A stretch of DNA of 64,000 bases. Source: Bdellovibrionales bacterium (GTDB lineage: Bacteria > Bdellovibrionota > Bdellovibrionia > Bdellovibrionales > UBA1609). The stretch is taken from assembly GCA_965219095.1 (NCBI GenBank), contig CBDCMT010000001.1:480001-544000 (forward strand), read 5' to 3'. The position numbers and the translations under genes were made by a program. Positions 43,121 through 53,986 of this stretch are shown piece by piece (position 1 is the stretch's first letter; every line of letters starts with the position of its first letter). Below the pieces are notes generated by a model that was given only the letters and a program-made list of their open reading frames with translations, did no database searches and was not told the DNA's origin.

Positions 43121-43453
43121 CTTTTGCCAAGGTTGATTAATAATGGTTTCATATTCGCTTCCTAAAGATTCTTGATCAATAGTTAGTCGACTTTTTAAAT
43201 ATTCACATACCTTATTTGACATCTTATTTTTTGCTACTGAAAAAACATCCTTTAAAGGCGAGCCATCAAAATTAATGTCATGGTATATAAGATGCCATAT
43301 TTCTTCAGTTAACTCTTTAGATGTTGGCAAAGTTCTTCCTAATTTATTTTTTGCTCCTAAAGAAAATCCAGCTCCAGTGAAAAGGATCAGATTAGCACTT
43401 GAAAGTTTCTGTTTCAAGTAACTTATAAGATTACTTTTTTTTTGTTTATCCAT
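43121..43453 (-). pseudogene. N-terminus of a SIR2-like defence protein fused in frame to the recombinase fragment
   Basis: LILFTGAGFS...LPTSKEL...QPW; downstream TxNxD motif absent. Confidence 0.7.
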
Positions 43454-43986
43454 TCAATATTTTCAGAAATTTTTTTTAATTTCTTACTCCCAGCCGGTTT
43501 CCATTAAAATACGAAAAACCATCTTTTCTTCATCTTTTGATGCCGTCTCTACTGTCCCTACATCAACAGGATTGTTAGCATACTTTTCTAAAAGTTCAAA
43601 AAGTTTTCCTTTGTATCCAATATCATCATTGCCCTTCAAATGATCCCCTTTGGTTTCTAATACAGAAACCTTATGAGAGCCATCAGAGTTCACACAGGCT
43701 ATAAAATCAGGATATACCTTTCTTTTCTGCCAGCCTGGGAGATAATAATCCTGTTTTGCAACCATTCTATGCCACCATTTTAAAGCTTCTCGTTCATCTA
43801 AATACCATGCCACGTGTTTTTCAAATTCATTGTAATGTCTTTCATATGTGTCTTCAAATAGAGATAGTTGCAGGTTTTTTGCGTTTCTCTTTCTTAGGAC
43901 TTTATCGTTTTGTGAAATTAAATATTCAATTTTATGTGCCATTTTCCAGTTAAGATCAAAAGAATTTTTAAAGATTTTAAAACATA

Positions 43987-45453
43987 TAGTGCTTCCGTTT
44001 AGGTTTTCAGGTTCCTAAGATGGAGAAGTTATCAGTTATCAAAGTTTCTAATTTAGGCCTGTGGTTTCGTATTCCTCTAAAAAATTGACTTAAACTTCCC
44101 TTGAAATCGTCATAGTTTTCATAATATCGATTCGCCGTGACCTCTTTTTTCCCGACTTCAGCGTTTTCCACTACTAAAACTTCATAAAAGTGTGCGAGCT
44201 ATGTTTAGAACAGAGTTGGGGGGTATTTTTCCAGACAGTGCATTTGTAGTGTCAGAAATCTTTTTTTGAGGTCTTTTCAAGGCTGGAAATTTCTTTTAAC
44301 ATTTAAATATGTTTGTAAAAAAGATTCCAAGAAAGAATAGTTCTATTTCAGTTCAGATTGTAGAGAACAAGAGAGTGCAGAATAAAGTCATCCAAAAAAC
44401 CATTCAACATTTGGGGCAATATACAGTTTTAACCCCTAAAATCATATAAAAATCCTATAAGGCACCGTTTAAAATGTAGTGATCACGGTTTTGCGTAACT
44501 ACTTGAAATCATTAGATTCTTGAAAAGAAAACGCTGAAGTCGGGATTCGCCGTGACCTCTTTTTTCATAAACTTCCAAAGTCTTTCTATAGGATTTAAAT
44601 TCGGTGAGTACGGAGGAAGATAAACAAGTTTTATATTCAACTCTTTCGCTAACTTCTTGACAGACTTCGATCTATTGTATCCGGCCCCATCTAAGATAAG
44701 ATGAATCTCTTTTTCATCGGGATGCTTCTTAATGAATATGATAGAGCATATCACATATGGAAACATGGTTAACTGTCTTATAACTCCTGACTACCGTCTT
44801 CAAACTATTGATCTCAATAGCTCCACAAACATTCACTCTTTTTCTCCAGCCTGAATTGGTCTTCACTTCAAACTTCTTACCCTCTCTTATCCAACCATAT
44901 GAAATCGTAGGGCCCCACTCAGGATGTGTGGAATCAGCAAAGTAAAACTCACTATGAGAAAATCTTACGGCTTTAGAACCTCTAAAGCTATAAAAATCGC
45001 CTTATATCATAACCTTGGAAAACTGCCAGAACCTCCGGGAACCCACAGATTCTTTTGAGGAGGCCTTTTTTCTAACTCCTTTAAAAGCATTTTCTCCTCT
45101 TTCTTAGTTAAAAAGGACCTTTTAGGGTTGTAATTGTCGTTGATTAAGCACTCTATCCCACCTTTGTTATAACGATCTCTACAGGCTCTTATCGTGCCCT
45201 CATCAATGAAAAGAAAGCAGGCAATATCTTTACACAACTTACCTTTATCTAAATGGAGAATTGTCATAATCCTTTTTGCGTATTTAAGATTTTTCTCTAG
45301 AGATAGTTCATAGAGTAAATCTTTTCGCTCTTTTTTTGATAGAAACCCTGACATATGAAACTATTTTTAAAAATAAATGACTTTTTATCAAGGCCTTAGA
45401 ATAAAAACTAGATCTCAACTCAAAAAAAACGGAAAACCTAAGCGGAAGCACTA
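43987..45453 (-). mobile_element. IS630 lineage C, degraded, with nested mini-IS1634 and an ISL3 3' fragment (~44937-45064)
   Basis: TIRs TAGTGCTTCCG/CGGAAGCACTA, TA duplication; similar to 51111-52247. Confidence 0.88.
44151..44544 (+). mobile_element. Internally deleted IS1634-family element with 21-bp target duplication
   Basis: 17-bp TIR CCCGACTTCAGCGTTTT; ORF 44309-44449 MFVKKIPRKNSSISVQIVENKRV; DRs 44130-44150 and 44545-44565. Confidence 0.8.
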
Positions 45454-45791
45454 TATAACCTTATCTTGTAATTTCTTAGTAAATAACTTCTCAGAAGCTT
45501 TCTCTATTTGATCTTGCAAGTCTATTTCAATAGCATTTAATACGTAAGATCGATTCAGATAAATTTTTTCATCAGAGATTTTTTTCTTTTTTAGAGAATC
45601 AAAAGTTTCCTCAAGTATTCTTGAGGCCTGCCAAGGGTTTGGTACTATATTAGAAAGTCGTCTAACCATATAAGAAAAATCCATCTCAATAGATTCTTTT
45701 TCTATTTCTGTGTGGACGTAAGGAAGACTGAACTGTCCTCTTTTGTCTTCTATGTCAAGCTTTATATGATTTACCCGAAGGTTATCTATTT

Positions 45792-45871
45792 GTAACTGCT
45801 CACTCTCGTAAGTTTTTATTTAAAGCCATAGATATGGCTTTAAATAAAAACTTACGAGAGTGAGCAGTTAC
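45792..45871. repeat. Palindrome of two head-to-head IS66 right ends
   Basis: 39-bp perfect arms, 2-bp spacer. Confidence 0.9.
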
Positions 45872-46031
45872 AAATAATTTAATAAAATGACCTGGATTAA
45901 AGGCTTGAAAATTGTGAAAAAATTTACTGGTCAGAACACTAGCCCCTATTTTATCCGCTACAGCTTGTGAATTGCCAAATCGTTTTATCAAAACTTGTAA
46001 CTCATCAGGGCAAAGAATTATTGGATTTACT

Positions 46032-46072
46032 GTAACTCGATCAGATAACCGAGTTACAGATAACCGAGTTAC
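46032..46072. mobile_element. Scar of a second IS66-like end with tandem AGATAACCGAGTTAC
   Basis: Same end sequence as 27138-27168 and 42804-42834. Confidence 0.6.
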
Positions 46073-46139
46073 ACTCTTCTAATCAGGGTTTTTAAGTCCC
46101 AGCCTTTCAAAAAAAGGCTGGTCATCCATATTTTCTTTT

Positions 46140-46919
46140 TCATAGACGTCTATTACGCCTATGTTTCTTACGTTTCTTAGATTTGGGCTTTTTGGGATGA
46201 GAAAGTTTAATATCAAACAGGTGAGCTAATTTGTCATCTGAGATGTGGAGGACTTCTTCCCCTCTTAAAGGTACTTTCCTTTGCAGTTCAGTCGTTTCAC
46301 TTGTGATAGCTGATTGAATAAGTTCTTTGATATTGACGCCTCGAAGTTGAAAAAAAAGATCAACATCCTCATCGATTTTTGCTCCTAAAGCGAAAAGTGT
46401 AGCAGATACATGTTTGCACATTGAAGCCCAATCAGGACAAGAGCAGTTAAAGTCGATTTCTTTAAGTATGGGAAAAAGCCCTTCGTTACTGTCAGAAAAG
46501 ACTTTCTCTAATTCCTTAGGGAAATGTCCATCTAAAAGATCAGAAAGGCTGTAAAGATGTTTTTGTGAAAGTTGTTTGATGCTTTTCCACTTTTTTTTGT
46601 TTATTTTTTTCATAGTGATGTTCACATTGTAGATGCGGGAACCCATGACCATGGACTCTATGTGTCCTTCTTGAATGGCTAAGTGAATGACAAAACCATT
46701 TTTGACATAACTTCTACCACGTGGGACTCTATTATCATAGTCGGCATAGCTTTTGAGATGGTGAATCCAAGCTTTACCCCACCAAGATGTGGCTGTCTTG
46801 TTTCCCTCAATAATGACGGGCTTGATGTTTCTTGTCTTCTTCTTCTTCTTTAAGCGGATGATTGCTCTTTGGGCCTTTGCAATTCTTTCACTTATGGGTG
46901 TATATTTTCTAAACCACAT
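46140..46919 (-). CDS. SWIM zinc-finger protein
   Basis: RGRSY and CSCPDWASMCKH motifs. Confidence 0.88.
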   Translation of the reverse strand: MWFRKYTPISERIAKAQRAIIRLKKKKKTRNIKPVIIEGNKTATSWWGKAWIHHLKSYADYDNRVPRGRSYVKNGFVIHLAIQEGHIESMVMGSRIYNVNITMKKINKKKWKSIKQLSQKHLYSLSDLLDGHFPKELEKVFSDSNEGLFPILKEIDFNCSCPDWASMCKHVSATLFALGAKIDEDVDLFFQLRGVNIKELIQSAITSETTELQRKVPLRGEEVLHISDDKLAHLFDIKLSHPKKPKSKKRKKHRRNRRL

Positions 46920-46921
46920 AA

Positions 46922-49522
46922 CTATAATATTTCCTTATCTACTTTGATTAATTCGATAATCTCACTATCACTCATTTGTGTAAAGTTTATTTCGTGACTT
47001 TTGGCTCCGATTAGCTTTGAGATCATTTTAGTTTTCTCTTCCAACATTTTGTCTATTTTTTCCTCCAAGGTCCCCTTGGTAATTAATTTGTGAACTACCA
47101 CTCGTTTGTGTTGCCCTATCCTAAAAGCACGATCTGTGGCTTGATTCTCTACGGCTGGATTCCACCAACGATCAAAGTGAATCACATGATTGGCTGCTGT
47201 TAGGTTAAGTCCCGTTCCGCCAGCTTTCAGAGAAAGAATAAAATAGGGGGTGTATTTATTATCGCTTTGAAATTGATCCACAAGAGCTTTTCTTTTTCTC
47301 ACAGGAGTTCCACCGTGGAGAACACTTCCCTTTACCTTAGCTAAATCAGATAAAAATTTATTGAGGGGGTGAATAATTTCCTTAAATTGAGTGAAAATAA
47401 GGGCCTTTTCTCTTTTAGCAAAAATAGTTTCGCAGATATCTCGAAGTCGTTCAAACTTACCACTTCCTGATATATGGAAATTGCCTGTACCAAGATATTG
47501 ATCTGCATGGTTACAAATTTGTTTGAATTTAATAAGCGACGAAAGGATGAGTCCCTTTCGTTGAATGCCTTTTGTGTTTTGGAGAGATGACTCTACATAC
47601 TTAACTAATTTTTGATATTGTATAGCTTGCTTCTTGCTAAGGTAAGTGTAGCTTTTAAGTTCAATTTTAGGAGGAAGGTCAGAAATAATACTTTTATCTG
47701 TTTTGATTCGCCTTAAAATATAAGGAGAGATAGTATTTTTAAGGGCTGAAAGCCCCTCTTCTTTGTTGAGTGCTTTTTTAGCAGTTTTTTGAAATTCAGT
47801 CTTTGACCCCAAGATCCCGGGATTAATGAAGTCAAAAAGAGACCACAAATCACTCAAGCGATTTTCAATGGGAGTTCCGGTGAGAGCCAGACGATTCTTT
47901 GCTGAAAGCAATTTGACTGACCTTGTTTGTGATGTAGCTGAATTTTTAATGGCTTGAGCCTCATCTAAAATAACATAGTCCCAGTTTATTTTTTGGAAGA
48001 CATCAAATCGGCGGACAAGCCCATAAGTTGTAAGGACAAGGTTGTAGTCTCTTTGGAGAGTTTTCGTTTTCAGCTTCGTTTCATCAAAGTCTTTATTGGA
48101 TGGGTGAGCTATGAAAAATTTAAGATAAGGAGTAAAATTTAAAATCTCGTTTGCCCAATTTGAAACTAGAGAAGCGGGAAGGATAATCAGATGAAGTCCG
48201 CCGTCTTTACTAACCACTTTTTGCAAAAAAGCAAGAGCTTGAATTGTTTTCCCCAAACCCATATCATCAGCAAGGCAACCTCCCAGACCCAGTGAGTGTA
48301 AAGTGCCTAACCAGTTAAGTCCTTGTTGCTGATAAGGCCGAAGGGTTCCCTTGAACTGTTGAGGAAGAGTCATGTTTTTTATAATTGCCGGGGATTTCAA
48401 TTTATCCATAAGGCCTTTAAGCCACTTCCCTTTGGTTATCGTTACTTCTGAGGTGTCTAGAGTCGCAGAGCCAATTTTCTTTCCGGAAAGCAACTTCATG
48501 GCATCACTAAATGAAATGTTTTGATTCTTCATTAGTTTGCGAATCTGATTCCACTTATCAAGAGCTTTCGCAAGATTGTCTTTATCTATGTTAACCCACT
48601 GCCCTTTTAACAGAATCAACCCATCAGATTCTTTGAGCAATTTTTTTGTTTCTTGTTGGCTTAATTCAACCCCTCCAAGAGATAAATTGATATGAAAGTC
48701 AATTAACGACTTTGTTCCTAAAAGACTCTGATTTTTATGGCCTACCACTAGGTTGGTACTAGCTCTTTTCGATGCGGATTTCCACCAATTGGGTATACGA
48801 CATAGTATTCCGGCCTTATTATAAAGAGGAACCTCCTTTAGAAATTGCTGAGCTTTATTTGGTGACCACTTCAATACATTGAAGATTTGGCCTGAGTCCA
48901 ATAAATTCTTGATAAAAAGAGAAGCCACTGATGCTCTTTTAATCGTTGCAAGTAATTGAAGCATTTTTTCTTGATCTTCAGCAAACTCTTCAAGGGCATA
49001 TCGGAGTGGCCGATAAGTGAGGTCTTTCTCCTTCGTTACATTTGTGAGATAAGTAGCCATAAATGCAAAAGGATATTGGTCACTTTGTTTGTTTTCTACA
49101 AGGTGGAAATAAACCTTTCCCACTAAGTGGATATTGGAATTCAACTGTAGAAAGTACTCTTGGACACTACCTTTAAAGGACTTTAATTCTGCACTTAAGT
49201 GACTTTGTAGGTCTTGCCACCGATCCAATAAACAGTCTTCATTGAGGTACTCCCCTCCTTGCATAAAGGGAGCTTTGTGCAGGAACTCTAGCATTTTGTT
49301 TTTAGATAAAGAAACAGAGAGTTTCTCTCTCAAACCTTTGGTGGTGGGGTCAGTTCTTGCAGACTCGATAAAGTGCTGAGTGAAGTTTGACCAAAATCGC
49401 ACAGAAGGAGAGATTGCTTGGGTTTTTTGAGTCGCTAATGAGAGCAATTTTCCTTCTACGGAACCCTTCAAGGGAGTAGAAAAGGTAATGTATCCGTCTT
49501 CTTTGAGTATAATTTCTTCCAT
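46922..49522 (-). CDS. SNF2-family helicase/ATPase
   Basis: LADDMGLGKT, DEAQ, TGTPIEN, GLNL, QATDRAFRIGQ. Confidence 0.93.
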   Translation of the reverse strand: MEEIILKEDGYITFSTPLKGSVEGKLLSLATQKTQAISPSVRFWSNFTQHFIESARTDPTTKGLREKLSVSLSKNKMLEFLHKAPFMQGGEYLNEDCLLDRWQDLQSHLSAELKSFKGSVQEYFLQLNSNIHLVGKVYFHLVENKQSDQYPFAFMATYLTNVTKEKDLTYRPLRYALEEFAEDQEKMLQLLATIKRASVASLFIKNLLDSGQIFNVLKWSPNKAQQFLKEVPLYNKAGILCRIPNWWKSASKRASTNLVVGHKNQSLLGTKSLIDFHINLSLGGVELSQQETKKLLKESDGLILLKGQWVNIDKDNLAKALDKWNQIRKLMKNQNISFSDAMKLLSGKKIGSATLDTSEVTITKGKWLKGLMDKLKSPAIIKNMTLPQQFKGTLRPYQQQGLNWLGTLHSLGLGGCLADDMGLGKTIQALAFLQKVVSKDGGLHLIILPASLVSNWANEILNFTPYLKFFIAHPSNKDFDETKLKTKTLQRDYNLVLTTYGLVRRFDVFQKINWDYVILDEAQAIKNSATSQTRSVKLLSAKNRLALTGTPIENRLSDLWSLFDFINPGILGSKTEFQKTAKKALNKEEGLSALKNTISPYILRRIKTDKSIISDLPPKIELKSYTYLSKKQAIQYQKLVKYVESSLQNTKGIQRKGLILSSLIKFKQICNHADQYLGTGNFHISGSGKFERLRDICETIFAKREKALIFTQFKEIIHPLNKFLSDLAKVKGSVLHGGTPVRKRKALVDQFQSDNKYTPYFILSLKAGGTGLNLTAANHVIHFDRWWNPAVENQATDRAFRIGQHKRVVVHKLITKGTLEEKIDKMLEEKTKMISKLIGAKSHEINFTQMSDSEIIELIKVDKEIL

Positions 49523-49788
49523 AGTAACCTCGATGTATATTTCATCAGTGTCTTTGCTGGTTATCAGTCTAAGCCAAAATTAAATTAACATGAGGCTTCC
49601 TCTGAGTTTTCACCAAATTGGAGGTTTATCAAAGACCCTGCCTTGAATTTAGTTCAAGCAAAATCGTCTCTCCACATACAGGAAGTTATTCTAATTCACA
49701 TTTATCTTGGTTGCAACTAAAAGTTGGAAAGTAAATGCCAAATTTGACATCTACCGTCTTTCTTTGTTAAGAAGCAAATCTTCCCTTA

Positions 49789-49892
49789 AAACTGTCCACT
49801 TTTTTGGGGGAAGATCAGTTTGTGTGCTCTGACATGTGGAAGTCTTATTTAAAAGTCATAAAGGAGAGGGCAAGTGGAGCTTTACACATATT
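49789..49892 (+). mobile_element. IS3-type right-end scar fused to an ISL3 internal fragment
   Basis: AACTGTCCACTTTTTTGGGGGAAGATCA, then sequence matching the ISL3 CSDMW region. Confidence 0.55.
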
Positions 49893-49893
49893 A

Positions 49894-50763
49894 TACCAAT
49901 TACAGAAATTAATTCGACATTTTCATGTTCAAATTTAAAATTTTAAAATTGACTTAAGGAAAAGTTTCAGTTAGGAGGTTTTAAAAAAACTTCTTTTAAG
50001 GTGAGTTTAAGTTTTCATAAGATAAGTTTATTTCAGGTATATCTATTTGTTGTGTAAATCGATTGATGGGTTAAAATAAGTGTAAAAAAGTGAGGGTAAA
50101 ATTTAAAATGACAAAAATCAGTTACACAATTTAATTTATAGGTTCAAATTAATTTACAAGCTTGATTCATCTTGTTGTTTTGTCCAAGATCGAGTGCATA
50201 ATTTTTTAATCCTGCCCTCCTGATCGCAAAAAGTATTCCAGGCCTCACAACAAGTATTCAGTATATGGTCATAGTTTTTAAAACATGCATTCGATAATTT
50301 GATCCTTCGTAATTGTTGCCAGACTTGTTCCATGGGATTTAATTCTGGACTATAAGGAGGTAAAGGCATCAGGGATAAATTCTTAGGAACTATCAAAGTC
50401 TCTGTGGTATGCCAACTGGCTCTGTCCATTAAAACAATTCCATGATAGTTTTCTTGAATATTTTTAGATATCTCATCTAAGTGAATTTGCATCATCCCTG
50501 AATTACATTCCGGTAAAATCCAAGCACAGCCTTTATCTCTATCCGGACAAACTGCTCCAAAAATATAAGTGGATAAAAATTGTCTTTGTCTCACCACTCT
50601 AGGCCGTGTGCCTTTTCTTGCCCAAATCCTGCTTAAAGAACCTTGCTGGCCTATTCTGCATTCATCCTGCCACCAAATCTCTATTTTATGAGTCTGAATC
50701 TTTTCCTTTATTTTCTCCACCTCTTCTGGAAAATGTTCCTTAAACTGTTCCATAGCTTCTTGT
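49894..50763 (-). mobile_element. IS630 lineage A, 3' half
   Basis: ORF 50154-50753 matches the C-terminal half; right TIR present. Confidence 0.9.
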
Positions 50764-50912
50764 ATGTTTTTTTATAACTCTCAAGTTGTTTTTCCTTGTA
50801 AGTTGCTTCTTCAAGAAAATCTTACAAAGATCTGAGGTGTTTGTTGATATCAGCTAGCCTTTGGCCCTGAAAAAAGTCGAAACTCGGGTTAATAAATCAA
50901 GAGGGAAAGTCC

Positions 50913-52465
50913 ATGAATGATGTTAATAAAGAGCGTTGGAAGAAAAGGTTTGAATATTTTGAAAAGGCCTATCTTTTATTTTCAGAGATTAAAGATCAAG
51001 ACTTCAAAAAAGCCCACAATATTTTAAAAGAAGGATTTGTTCAAAGGTTTGAGTACATTTTTGAGTTATCAAAAAATCTTTTGAATGACTATTTAAAAGA
51101 AGATGGTATATAGTGCTTCCGTTTAGTTTTTCAGTTTCCTAAGATAGAGAAGTTATCAGTTATCAAAGTTTCTAATTTAGATCTGTGTTTTCGTATTCCT
51201 CTAAAAAATTGACTTAAACTTCCCTTGAAATCGTCATAGTTTTCATAATATCGATTCGCTGTGACCTCTTTTTTCATAAACTTCCAAAGCCTTTCTATAG
51301 GATTTAAATTCGGTGAATACGGAGGAAGATAAACAAGTTTTATATTCAACTCTTTCGCTAACTTCTTGACAGACTTCGATCTATTGTATCCGGCCCCATC
51401 TAAGATAAGATGAATCTCTTTTTCATCGGGATGCTTCTTGCGAAGATGATGGAGCATATCACATAGAAAAACTTCGTTAACTGTCTTATAACTCCTGACT
51501 ACCGTCTTCAAACTATTGATCTCAATAGCTCCACAAACATTCACTCTTTTTCTCCAGCCTGAATTGGTCTTCACTTCAAACTTCTTACCCTCTCTTATCC
51601 AACCATATGAAATCGTAGGGCCCCACTCAGGATGTGTGGAATCAGCAAAGTAAACAGGACTGTCTTTCTTCTTAATTCTCTTGTATTTACGCACAAACTT
51701 TTTCTGCTCTTCTCTCTTTGCCTTACCTGGTATCGCTGTGGCTTTTTTATAAGAAAAACCAAGGCGATGGAGAAGATCAATCACACCACTTGTTGAGTAC
51801 GTAACACTAAAATTCTCCTCAATGAATTGGATGACAGACTGTGATGATGGAAAAATTCTTTTCTCTAATTCCTTTAAAAGCATTTTCTCCTCTTTCTTAG
51901 TTAAAAAGGACCTTTTAGGGTTGTAATTGTCGTTGATTAAGCACTCTATCCCACCTTTGTTATAACGATTTCTACAGGCTCTTATCGTGCCCTCATCAAT
52001 GAAAAGAAAACGGGAAATATCTTTACACAACTCACCTTTATCTAAATGGAGAATTGTCATAATCCTTTTTACGTATTTAAGATTTTTCTCTAGAGATAGT
52101 TCATAGAGTAAATCTTTTCGCTCTTTTTTTGATAGAAACCCTGATATATGAAACTATTTTTAAAAATAAATGACTTTTTATCAAGGCCTTAGAACAAAAA
52201 CTAGACCTCAACTCAAAAAAAAACGGAAAACCTAAGCGGAAGCACTATAGATGTTGAATCTACAAAACAAATTTTTCGAAAAGCTTATAGGAAATCTTAT
52301 ATTCGAGATACAGAAGTGTGGATAGAAGCTCTTAAGTACAGGAATAAAGCCTCTTACGTGTACAGAGAAAGTGTTTTAGAAGAGACCATAACATTTCTAA
52401 ATGATAGATTCTATCCTGAAATCAGAGATTTTTATTTTGATTTTAAAAAAGAGTATGAAAAGTGA
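50913..52465 (+). pseudogene. HEPN toxin-like protein (HI0074 family) split by IS630-C
   Basis: QRFEYIFEL; removing the IS joins EDGI to DVESTKQIFR..RNKASYVY..EK*. Confidence 0.85.
51111..52247 (-). mobile_element. IS630 lineage C, full length (start codon ATG>ATA at 52147)
   Basis: FADSTHP, ILDGAGY, PPYSPNLNPIERLW; TA duplication. Confidence 0.92.
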
Positions 52466-52786
52466 AGTACGGATTAAAAGAAGATCAAATTAAAGAAGTA
52501 ATATCTATCTTAAAAAAATATCCTCAGGTTGAGAGAGCTTTTATTTTTGGATCTCGTGCTACTGGCACTTATTCAGAAGCCTCTGATGTAGATGTGGCTT
52601 TAAAAGGAAAGGGGATTAAAAAAGTTCTTTACAAAATAAAAGATGATTTTAAAGAAAGTGATCTTCCTTATTTGTTTGACGTGGTTGATTATCATGCCAT
52701 CGATCATCCTCCATTTAAAGAACATATTGATAGAAAGGGAAGTGTTTTTTATTGCAAAGGGTGGAAGGAAGTAAATCTAAGTGATA
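52462..52786 (+). pseudogene. Minimal nucleotidyltransferase (MNT), probably fused to HsdS, truncated by ISL3
   Basis: FGSRATG..SDVDV; continues GWKEVNLSD; GTGA overlap with the HEPN stop. Confidence 0.75.
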
Positions 52787-53499
52787 GGCTCCTCAAAAGA
52801 ACCTCCGGGAACCCACAGATTCTTTTGAGGAGGCGAAAATTCTTTGATTTACTAGGAGAGAAGTCAAAAGATATACGGTTTGTGTGTTCTGATATGTGGA
52901 AGCCTTATTTAAAAGTCATAAAGGAGAGGGCAAGTGGAGCTTTACACATATTAGATCGGTTTCATATCGTAGCAAGACTCAATAAGGCTTTAGACGAAGT
53001 GAGAGCTTCAGAACACAAAAAAATGAAAGAAGACGGGTATGAACCCCTTTTAACAAAAGCTAGATGGCCCTTGTTAAAAAATGCAGAAAATTTAAAATCT
53101 TATGAAAAAGTAAAATTAAGGCATTTAATACAGTACAATTTAAAAAGTATCCGCTGTTATCTTTTAAAAGAAGACTTCCGACAGTTATGGACCTATGTTT
53201 CACCAACTTGGGCTGGTAAATTTATAGACAGTTGGACGAGACGAGTCATGCTTTCAAAAATTGAACCTATGAAAAGAGAAGCAAAAACCATACGAAGACA
53301 TAAGCTACTTATTCTTAATTACTTCAAGGCTAAAAAAACCTTCTCCTCAGGGATTGTAGAGGGTTTAAACAACAAAGTAAAACTCACTATGAGAAAATCT
53401 TACGGCTTTAGAACCTCTAAAGCTATAAAAATCGCCTTATATCATAACCTTGGAAAACTGCCAGAACCTCCGGGAACCCACAGATTCTTTTGAGGAGGC
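52787..53499 (+). mobile_element. ISL3 3' half preceded by a fold-back of its right end
   Basis: Matches 37303-37970 (rc); 52787-52834 has inverted termini. Confidence 0.85.
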
Positions 53500-53986
53500 A
53501 AGAAACATAAACCCCAGAAAGAGAATAGCAACAGTTAAATTCATCTGCTAAAAGTTTCTGTATTCCCTTTGCTCCTATGCTTCCTCCCTCTCTTTTGTCT
53601 TGAATTTCATCTAACTTGATTTTAAAGTTCTCTTCTTCTGTCACTGGCAAACGAGGCTTGCGTCCTCTGCCTTCTCGATCTATCAATCCCTCGTAATCAA
53701 AGTCTACAAAAAAAGACTGTAACCAGGATTTGATACTGTGACGGTGATACAAAACCATACCTGCTGTTTCTTGAATCGATTTTCCGTCTTGCATATGCTG
53801 CAAAGCTTGGAGTTTTATCTTGATGTTGGCACTTCTTTCCACTTTGTAAGTAGCCAGAAAATCATACCCTTGAATCTGTGTAACTAAATCTTTTTTCGAC
53901 ATGACTCTAAAAATTTAACAGAGTTTGATCAAAAAGCCAGGGCGCAATGCGTTAAAAGAATGTCGAATTAATTTTTGGAAATGGTA
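53500..53986 (-). mobile_element. IS630 lineage A, 5' half
   Basis: MSKKDLVTQIQGYDF start; left TIR present. Confidence 0.9.

Larger units (their letters stand above)
43484..45791 (-). pseudogene. C-terminal part of a type III restriction Res-like endonuclease split by IS630-C
   Basis: YPDFI...VLETKGDHL; removing the IS joins QDKVI to CFKIFKNSFDLNWKMAHK in frame. Confidence 0.65.

Noticed and set aside
52462..53493. 343-aa MNT-transposase fusion as a genuine new protein
   Set aside because: The junction is an ISL3 end fold-back; the in-frame read-through is incidental
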